Position numbers and translations under genes: made by a program. A stretch of DNA of 64,000 nucleotides from Gemmatimonadota bacterium (GTDB lineage: Bacteria; Gemmatimonadota; Gemmatimonadetes; Longimicrobiales; Gaopeijiaceae). Position 1 is the first letter of the stretch. Each line of letters starts with the position of its first letter. The notes beneath the pieces are model-generated. The model saw only the letters and a program-made list of their open reading frames with translations, did no database searches and had not been told where the DNA came from. Positions 35,332 to 42,668 of this stretch are shown here, one piece after another. The stretch covers positions 1 to 64,000 of the forward strand of contig JBDHHQ010000016.1 in NCBI GenBank assembly GCA_039589315.1, given 5' to 3'.

Positions 35332-36611
35332 TACGTACCCTCCAATCCCAGCATGCCCTGGCGCCAGAAGCGCAGGCTCTCCCGCCCCCGTTGGGAGGCG
35401 GCGAGCCCCATGGCGCGAAGGAACGCCAGGGCGTTGTAGGCCAGGAGCTGGACGATTCTCCAGCTCCCCACGATCGGTCTGAAACTTCCCTTGGCCGCTT
35501 CTTCCGACTTCAACACCGCCATCGGTCGACTCCAGATCATCTCGACCAGGAACGCCACCCGGTCCCTCCAGCGTGTCAGCGTCCACAGCCGCAAGGAGCG
35601 ATACGCCGCGCGACGGACCGCGGCGTGACGTGTGATGGTGGCGTGAACCGGGTCCAGAAGCGCCAGCTGCAGGCGTGTCAGGGGGGGAAGGTCCAGCTCG
35701 GCGATGGCCGTGTCGGGCACCGGGGTGCCCAGGATCGTGCGGGCCAGCTGTAGCGCCAACGCCAGCCGCAGCTCCCCTCCGCAACTCAGGGCGGTCCGGG
35801 CCAGCTCCCGCCAGTCCAACTCCGGGCTGTGGCTTACGATCCGGTGGATGTCGACGACCCGCTTCAGCTGCGTGAAACCGCTTTCCTTGAACTGATGAGC
35901 CAGGTGAAGGACCATGTCTTCGGCACAGGGGACCCGCAGCCTCGACCCGTTGGGACCCGGGCGATCCGTCGCTCGTGCCCAGAAGCCCCGAGCGTCCGGC
36001 ACCACCGGAGAGCCGGGCACGTCCAGTCCCCAGTGGATCTCACAGCAGAATCCGTTGCGGTGCACCATGGGAACGTGGTAGTGACCGGCCATCAGGGTAT
36101 CGAGGTCCTGCTCCGGCCACTCCGGCTCGTAGCCGGCGCGCCGGGCCAGGGCCATGGCGTCGGCGACCCGCTCCGGCTCGACGAGAACGTCCAGGTCGCT
36201 GAGAGATCGCTCCACGGAGTCCTCTATGACCGTCGCCCGAAGCGCCGCCCCCTTGAGGAGGACCATGGACGGCCCGTTCCGGTGGAAGAGCGTGGCGAGA
36301 CGGTCCCGTTCCATGTCCCAGAGCATGGCCTGCCGCTCCAGAAGACGCAGGGGCTCGAGAACCTCCTGCGCCGCCATCTGCCCCACGACCCTCTCCAGGC
36401 GCGCACGCTGGAGGTGGCGCAGTGCCAGGCCCAGCACCCCGTGCTCCTGAGCGAGGCGGTGGAAGGCCTCCCGAACGGGCCGTTCCTTCATGGCCTCCAG
36501 ACCGACCAGGGGTGCGTCGGGATCGCCGGTGCGTCGAACCAGCGCCACCAGCAGGCGCTCGTGAGCGTCCAGACGCTGACGGGGAAGAATGGACCTGATG
36601 CCCGGGCTCAT
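35331..36611 (-). CDS. Nucleotidyltransferase family protein (NTP_transf_5-like), intact motif
   Basis: LLKGAAL...RSLSDLDVLV (DxD), CEIHWGL, EDMVLHLAH. Start placed at ATG 36611. Confidence 0.85.
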   Translation of the reverse strand: MSPGIRSILPRQRLDAHERLLVALVRRTGDPDAPLVGLEAMKERPVREAFHRLAQEHGVLGLALRHLQRARLERVVGQMAAQEVLEPLRLLERQAMLWDMERDRLATLFHRNGPSMVLLKGAALRATVIEDSVERSLSDLDVLVEPERVADAMALARRAGYEPEWPEQDLDTLMAGHYHVPMVHRNGFCCEIHWGLDVPGSPVVPDARGFWARATDRPGPNGSRLRVPCAEDMVLHLAHQFKESGFTQLKRVVDIHRIVSHSPELDWRELARTALSCGGELRLALALQLARTILGTPVPDTAIAELDLPPLTRLQLALLDPVHATITRHAAVRRAAYRSLRLWTLTRWRDRVAFLVEMIWSRPMAVLKSEEAAKGSFRPIVGSWRIVQLLAYNALAFLRAMGLAASQRGRESLRFWRQGMLGLEGT

Positions 36612-36979
36612 GCGGTTGCGGACCCTCGGTGTCGAAGATGATCGGCGGGACGTCTCCCACTGGGACCAGGCGAAGGCAAGCACCGTGCCCCTTCACCGAC
36701 GGCGTTCGACAACGGGTTGAACGGCTTCGGTTTATGGTGTCTGGCTCCTTCACACGTCCCTCGCTCGACCGTGTCGCGCTCCGGGCACCTGGTGGGAACC
36801 GCGGCATGATCCGTGCACTTTCCCGATGCCCGCCCGCTTCGGGGCGGTCGCGGGTGACGCAGCGAGGGCTATGCATGTCCACAGGGACGGTTCCGGCCAG
36901 GCCGACAACGACGTCGGCGCCGAGGCCATCCGCGGCCGGACCGGCTGCCCGGCGCTGACCGATCGCCCGCCACGCGACT

Positions 36980-38857
36980 GTGGCATCCACGCGACAGGTG
37001 CCGATGCAGATTCCGGCTTGGCCGCACATCAAGAGTCTCTTCCGCCGTCAGCGGCGGCTCATGGGCCGTTTCGTGGTCACGTCGCTGGGAGAGTCCGTCC
37101 TGACCATGGCAGGGATCCTACTCGTCAAGGAGTTCCTGTCGGGGGTGCTGGGAGGGGACGGGGGCATGGCCTCGCGGGCAGCCGAGGTGCTGGGGCCCGG
37201 TGTGGCGCTGTGGACCGTCGCGGCCCTGCTCCTGGGTACGTACGTGGGCGCCAGCCTGCTCCGCTACGACAACTCGGTCACGCAGCAACGGATCGTCAAG
37301 GTCCTCGAGCTGGGGGTCATGGAGCGGCTGGTCCGACAGGTGCTGTCCCTGTCCGTCTCCTTCGTCGAGCGCCAGAGTCACGGAGACATCATCCAGGCCG
37401 TGCGTTCCGACGTCGCGTCACTGCGGGAAGTGGTTCTTTCCTACGCCCGCATGTTCCTGGACGGCATGGTGACCGTGGGCCTGCTCTTCGCGGCGATCAT
37501 GCTTTCCCCGGCCCTCACGCTCTTCGCCCTTCTGGCGTTGCCCCTCGGCGTGTTCCCGCTCTTGATGATCGGCCGCGCGACGCGGGAGAAGTCGTTCGAG
37601 GTCCGCGAGACCCGCTATGCCCTCTTCGACGCGGTTCTCCAGATCCTCCGGGGGATCCGGGTCACGAAGGTCTACCACGGTGAGGGGGCGGCGGCCCGGG
37701 AGGCCGTGCGGAAGGGGAGCGCGCACTTCGACGCGCTCATCGAGATGGTCCGCATCCGTGCCATGTCGCGGGTGGTGCTCCAGTCACTCTCCGGACTCAG
37801 CCTGGTGATCGTGGTGGTTGCCGGCGGGTTCCAGGTCATGAGCGGGGCCCTGTCCTGGCCGTCGTTGCTCGCCTTCCTGATGGCCATCCGGGCGCTGCAC
37901 ACGCCGCTGAACTCGGTCAACGCCGCGTACGTCCAGGTCAAGCGGCAGGGCGCGGCGCTGGACCGCATCGAGGACCTCCTCCGCGAGCGTCCCGACGTGG
38001 CCGACCCCCCGGGTGCAGTCCCGCAGGAGCTGGCGTCCGGACAGGTCTCCTTCGACCAGGTCCGCTTCTCCTACGCCGAGCAGGACGTGCTGCGGGGTGT
38101 GTCCTTCGACGTGGCGCCGGGGGAGACGATCGGAATCGCCGGCCCGTCAGGCGCGGGAAAGTCCACGATCCTGAGCCTGGTGGCTCGCTTCTACGATCCC
38201 ACCGACGGGTCCGTCCGCACAGACGGGCGCAACCTGCGGGAGTACCGGTCGGCGGACGTCTACCAGAGCGTGGCCATCGTGACGCAGCAGCCCTTCCTGT
38301 TCTCGGCGTCCGTGCTCGACAACATCGCCTGCGGACGGCCGGGCGCGTCCGTCGACGAGGTCGTCGAAGCCGCCAAGGCGGCCGAGATCCATGACGAGAT
38401 CCTGGCACTGGAGGACGGCTACGATACGCTGCTCGGCCGGGGCGGCCGGGAGATCTCGGTGGGACAGGCTCAACGCGTCAACATCGCTCGGGCCCTGCTC
38501 AAGGAAGCCCCCATCCTCCTCCTGGACGAGGCCACGGCGAGCCTCGATTCCCTCTCGGAGGAGCGGGTGCAGCGTGCCATCGACCACCTGATGCAGGGAC
38601 GAACCACCTTCATCGTGGCCCACAGGTTGTCAACGCTGAGAGGGGCGGACAGGATCCTGGTCCTCGAGGACGGCCGGCTGGTGGCGTCCGGTCCACACGA
38701 GGACCTGCTGCTCGGCTGCCCGCTGTACTTCCGGCTCTGGGAGACCCAGCACCTGGGCTTCACGTCGCCTGACCGCGTGACCGGGGTCGACGAGGGCGAC
38801 CACCGGGCCATCCTGACCTCCGCCTCCGCCTCCGCCTCCGAGCGGACACACCCCTGA
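36980..38857 (+). CDS. ABC exporter, fused permease-ATPase (MsbA/PglK-like, no C39 peptidase domain)
   Basis: N-terminal TM region; GPSGAGKS, ISVGQAQR, LLLDEAT, AHRLST. Confidence 0.92.
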   Translation: MASTRQVPMQIPAWPHIKSLFRRQRRLMGRFVVTSLGESVLTMAGILLVKEFLSGVLGGDGGMASRAAEVLGPGVALWTVAALLLGTYVGASLLRYDNSVTQQRIVKVLELGVMERLVRQVLSLSVSFVERQSHGDIIQAVRSDVASLREVVLSYARMFLDGMVTVGLLFAAIMLSPALTLFALLALPLGVFPLLMIGRATREKSFEVRETRYALFDAVLQILRGIRVTKVYHGEGAAAREAVRKGSAHFDALIEMVRIRAMSRVVLQSLSGLSLVIVVVAGGFQVMSGALSWPSLLAFLMAIRALHTPLNSVNAAYVQVKRQGAALDRIEDLLRERPDVADPPGAVPQELASGQVSFDQVRFSYAEQDVLRGVSFDVAPGETIGIAGPSGAGKSTILSLVARFYDPTDGSVRTDGRNLREYRSADVYQSVAIVTQQPFLFSASVLDNIACGRPGASVDEVVEAAKAAEIHDEILALEDGYDTLLGRGGREISVGQAQRVNIARALLKEAPILLLDEATASLDSLSEERVQRAIDHLMQGRTTFIVAHRLSTLRGADRILVLEDGRLVASGPHEDLLLGCPLYFRLWETQHLGFTSPDRVTGVDEGDHRAILTSASASASERTHP

Positions 38858-38861
38858 GGCC

Positions 38862-39386
38862 CTACCGAATCGCGGCCAGGATTCTGGATCCGGCGGCGGT
38901 GAGGAGGCCCTGGGTCACGCTGAACGAGATCACGGCGGCCGCACCCTCGTTGGCCCCGGTGCCCGCTTCCTCCAGCAGTTTCAGGAGGCCTGCGCCGGCT
39001 ACGGCTCCCACGGCCGCACCCACGGCGGCGCCCAGTAGATCAGGGTCCGTACGGGCAAGCCGCCCCACCAGGAAGTCGCCAGCGGCCGCCCCCACCGCAC
39101 TGGACAGGCCCACCAGGGCCACATCGTTCAGGGTGCACGACAGGTCCTCGCCACAGTCGTCTGGTTGAGCGATGAGGATGCCCAGACCGACACCGACCAG
39201 CGATCCTCCCACTGCTCCCGCCGACTCCAGACCGAACGCGGCCAGCCCCGTCGGTCTCTCGGTCTCCTGAGCGCCCAGCTGGAGGGGTGCGCAGAGGCAT
39301 AGGGCTGGAACCGCGATAGCCGTCAGGCCGGTCAAGCCGGTGGCAGGCGGCCTGCGCCTTCGCGGCCTTCGCCGGCTCCAGGACAT
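38862..39386 (-). CDS. Hypothetical Gly/Ala-rich membrane or exported protein
   Basis: Signal-like N-terminus, glycine-zipper-like helices and a Cys pair (DDCGEDLSC). Confidence 0.6.
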   Translation of the reverse strand: MSWSRRRPRRRRPPATGLTGLTAIAVPALCLCAPLQLGAQETERPTGLAAFGLESAGAVGGSLVGVGLGILIAQPDDCGEDLSCTLNDVALVGLSSAVGAAAGDFLVGRLARTDPDLLGAAVGAAVGAVAGAGLLKLLEEAGTGANEGAAAVISFSVTQGLLTAAGSRILAAIR

Positions 39387-39402
39387 GAACGGCTCCGGTC
39401 GC

Positions 39403-41823
39403 TCAATCCTCCCGTAGCGCCATGACCGGCTCCACGCCACTCGCCTTCGCCGCGGGGAGCAGCACGGACACCAGCGCGGCACCACCCAGCGCCAGGGCCA
39501 CCCAACCCGCCATACCGAACCCGAAGTCGCTCTCGAACAGGTTCAAGGCGTTCTGGACGCCCCGGTACATGAGCCAGGCCAGGGGGAGCCCGACGAGCAT
39601 CCCCGCCCCCGCCAGCGTCAGGCCGGTGCGCGTCACCATGCCCACCACGGACTTTTGCTGGGCTCCCAGGGCCATGCGGATGCCGATCTCGCGGCGCTGC
39701 TGAGCGACGGCGTGGTTCATGACGCCGTAGATGCCCATGGCGGCCAACAGCAGCGCGATCCCTCCGATCACCATGAGGAAGGACGAGATCGCCTCCGGGC
39801 CGGCCAGCGACTCCCGCTGGTGGGCCTCGAACGTGCGCAGCAGGGCGATGGGCTGGTCGGGCTCCACCGACCAGATCGCCTGGCGCACGTCGCCAGCCAG
39901 GGAGGCCGGGTCGTCTGCGTTGGTCCTGAGCGCGAAGCTGGGGTTCCGCACTGGGTACTGGGAGAAAGGCAGGTAGATGGCCTCGCCCTGCCGGCCCGCG
40001 ATGGCGATGCGCTCCTGCATAATGTCCTCGACCACGCCCACGATGACGCGGGACTCGTCGCGAACGGTGAGGGTCTTGCCCAGGGGATCCTCGTCGGGGA
40101 ACTCCCGGTCCGCGAGAGCCTGGCTCACGACCGCCACCTTCTGAGCGTCCTCCCGGTCCGACTCCTGGAGCAGGCGGCCCTGGCGGAGGGCGATCTCCAT
40201 GGTGGAGAAGTATGCCGGGTTCACGATCTGGAAGCTGGCTTCGGGCTGCTCGGTGGGTTCCGGCGTGGGGCGCCCGTCCACGGTGTAGCGGGTCATGGGG
40301 TTCCCCCGGCCTCTGGGCAGGCTGGCCATGACCGCGACGTCCTGGACCCCGGGCACGGTGCCGAGCACCCGGATCAGCTCCGTCTCGTACGCCATGACCT
40401 CCGTGTCCTCGGCGTAGCGATCGTCGAGCACGGACACCTGGAAGGTCAGGAGTCCCTCGGGATTGAAGCCGGGATCAGCGTCGTTCAGCGCGCTGAACAC
40501 GTTCACCAGGAAGCCCGCCCCGGTGAGGAGCGAGAGCGCCACCGCGAACTCGCCGATCACGAAGGCGTTACGGAGGCGCTTGCGCCGCCGTCCCGCCGTC
40601 CCCCCCCGGGCCCCTCCGCCCAGGGACTCTCTGAGATCGGCCCGTGCCGCCGTGAATGCGGGCGCCAGTCCGAAGAGCACGCCGGCCCCCACGGCGACCA
40701 TCAGCGTGACCGCCACCACCTCGGGAGCCAGGTCGGGCATCATGGCCCGGGGCATCTCGGCGGGCATGGCCGACTGTATCCAGCGGACGATCCAGATCGC
40801 AAGCGCGACGCCCACGGCGCCCGCGATCGTGCCCAACGTCACGCTTTCGGTCAGGAGCTGCCGGAGAATCCGGGTGCGGCCAGCACCCAGGGCCGTGCGC
40901 ACCGCCACCTCGCGTTGCCGCAGCTCGGCCCGCCCCAACAACAGGTTGGCCACGTTGGCGCAGGCGATCATCAGGCCGAAGAGGGTCACGGCGGTGAGGA
41001 TCATCATCAGCTTCGTGTCGGTGGGGCCCGGGAAGAACTCCCGGAGTCCCATCATGCGAAGCTCCCAGCCACGGTTGGCATCCGGAAACTCGGTCGCCAG
41101 GCGTGTCGAGACCCCGGCCAGCTCGAGCTGGGACTGCTCGAGGGTGGCGCCGGGCCGCAGCCGCGCGATGGCGATGTAGCCCCGGCCGGCGCGCTGGTCC
41201 ATCCGGTCCATGAAGTCGGTGGGCCGGAAGGCCTGCACATTGGCGGGGATCATGTCGAACTCGGGAGGCGTGACGCCCACGATCGTATACGTCGTCCCGT
41301 CCAGCGTCATGGTCTGCCCGAGGATGTCACGATCCCCGAAGAAGCGCCGTTCCCAGAAGTCGTGCTGCAATACGAGCACGTTGCCGAGTCCTTCTGCTCC
41401 CTCCTCTCGCCTGAATCCCCGCCCGATGGCGGGCGGCACGCCCAACACGTCGAAGAGCTCGGGCGTGGCAACGACGACCTGGAGCCGCTCGGGCACGTCG
41501 GTCCCCGTCAGGTTGGCATTCTCCAGCGTGTAGGCGGTGGCCGCCGCGAAGGTGCTGCTGGCCTCCACGTAGTCGCGGAAGTTGGGGATCGAGGCGCCGG
41601 ACGCCATCTCGATGCTCTCGCCCTGGCGACCTTCCCGCAGGATGAGGAGGCCGTCCTGATCGTGGTAGGGTAGCGGCTCGAAGAACCACGCGTTCAGGAT
41701 CGAGAACATGGATGCGTTCGCAGCGATCCCCAGCGCCAGGGACAGCGCCGCCACGGTTGAGACGACGGGCGCCTTGAGCAGCATCCGCAGCCCGTACTTG
41801 AGATCCTGGACGATCGTGGTCAT
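39403..41823 (-). CDS. ADOP family duplicated ABC permease, copy 3 (no N-terminal prefix)
   Basis: QDLKYGLRML, LALGIAAN, IACANVANLLL, REIGIRMALGA, EPVMALRED. Confidence 0.92.
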   Translation of the reverse strand: MTTIVQDLKYGLRMLLKAPVVSTVAALSLALGIAANASMFSILNAWFFEPLPYHDQDGLLILREGRQGESIEMASGASIPNFRDYVEASSTFAAATAYTLENANLTGTDVPERLQVVVATPELFDVLGVPPAIGRGFRREEGAEGLGNVLVLQHDFWERRFFGDRDILGQTMTLDGTTYTIVGVTPPEFDMIPANVQAFRPTDFMDRMDQRAGRGYIAIARLRPGATLEQSQLELAGVSTRLATEFPDANRGWELRMMGLREFFPGPTDTKLMMILTAVTLFGLMIACANVANLLLGRAELRQREVAVRTALGAGRTRILRQLLTESVTLGTIAGAVGVALAIWIVRWIQSAMPAEMPRAMMPDLAPEVVAVTLMVAVGAGVLFGLAPAFTAARADLRESLGGGARGGTAGRRRKRLRNAFVIGEFAVALSLLTGAGFLVNVFSALNDADPGFNPEGLLTFQVSVLDDRYAEDTEVMAYETELIRVLGTVPGVQDVAVMASLPRGRGNPMTRYTVDGRPTPEPTEQPEASFQIVNPAYFSTMEIALRQGRLLQESDREDAQKVAVVSQALADREFPDEDPLGKTLTVRDESRVIVGVVEDIMQERIAIAGRQGEAIYLPFSQYPVRNPSFALRTNADDPASLAGDVRQAIWSVEPDQPIALLRTFEAHQRESLAGPEAISSFLMVIGGIALLLAAMGIYGVMNHAVAQQRREIGIRMALGAQQKSVVGMVTRTGLTLAGAGMLVGLPLAWLMYRGVQNALNLFESDFGFGMAGWVALALGGAALVSVLLPAAKASGVEPVMALRED

Positions 41824-41897
41824 CCCGCCCTCCCCGGTGGTGTCGTGTGCCCTACCCGTTGCCCACTACGAAACCGGAGAGCGGGTGTTTCGGGGCC

Positions 41898-42134
41898 CTA
41901 GCGTGTCAGGCGGAAGAACGCCATCGCCGCGAGCTTGGCCGCCGCCATGACACCGGCGATGATTGCGAGATCCGTGTGGAAGAAGTCGTGGGCGTAGAGG
42001 TCGTACATGAACCACCCCACGATAAGCAGCATCCCTACGACCAGGGCAATGCGGCTCGAGTAGTACCGGTGGGCGACGAATCGTTCGTCCATTTCCTCCG
42101 CGCCGAACAGGGTGGCGAGAGCGCTGTCGATCAT
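41898..42134 (-). CDS. Small two-TM membrane protein (DUF2178-like)
   Basis: DER motif followed by two hydrophobic helices; directly downstream of the XRE gene. Confidence 0.65.
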   Translation of the reverse strand: MIDSALATLFGAEEMDERFVAHRYYSSRIALVVGMLLIVGWFMYDLYAHDFFHTDLAIIAGVMAAAKLAAMAFFRLTR

Positions 42135-42141
42135 GGCAGTC

Positions 42142-42348
42142 CTATCCTTCCAGCTCGAAGAGCTCCTCCGTCGGGCACTCGAAGACCCTGGCAAACCGCA
42201 GCGCCAGCGCCAGGCTGGGGGTGTATCTGCCCCTCTCGATGGAGTTGATGCTCTGTCGAGAGACCCCCACGGCCCGGGCCAGCGCCTCCTGGGTCAGGCC
42301 GCGGTCGAGACGGTGTTCCTTGATGCGGGTGCGAACGCGCTCGGACAT
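42142..42348 (-). CDS. Small XRE/Cro-type HTH regulator
   Basis: LTQEALARAVGVSRQSINSIERGRYTPSLALA. Confidence 0.93.
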   Translation of the reverse strand: MSERVRTRIKEHRLDRGLTQEALARAVGVSRQSINSIERGRYTPSLALALRFARVFECPTEELFELEG

Positions 42349-42366
42349 GCTCTTCGGTGAATCGAG

Positions 42367-42422
42367 TGACAAGTACACTTTACACTACCAGCTTGGGACC
42401 AGCGTGCCAAGTTTGCTTGACA
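42367..42422 (-). promoter_or_regulatory. Promoter with two imperfect 18-bp palindromic operators
   Basis: Minus strand TTGGCA (42405-42410)-N17-TAGTGT (42382-42387) with extended TGn. Palindromes TGACAAG-TACA-CTTTACA (42367-42384) and TGCCAAG-TTTG-CTTGACA (42405-42422). Confidence 0.7.
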
Positions 42423-42668
42423 CCTCGCCGCCGCGCCTCCCGAGAATCCGGTCGTTGAATCGCGCACCCCGTCACGGCGCGCGCGGGCCAAGCGAACGCG
42501 GGCCGAGCGAAGTCGTGCAGCGCCGCATGGCGCGCCGGCCTGCCAGATCGTCCACCGCGCGGCGTGGAAGGGCTGCGTCACCACACGCATCTCGACCGAT
42601 CCAACCGCTCGGGTGTAGACGTCATGCGACTCCCGGACGCTGGCCCAGAGACCGCCGAACGCTCCACC

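Noticed and set aside
36612..36979. Hidden standalone precursor peptide in the divergent intergenic region
   Set aside because: I found no short ORF with a convincing RBS or YxxP/leader motif; the region is more likely a bidirectional promoter.
28717..38857. Canonical lasso peptide biosynthetic cluster
   Set aside because: No lasso cyclase or B2 peptidase in the window, and the YxxPxL tail lacks the Gly and penultimate Thr of cleavable leaders.
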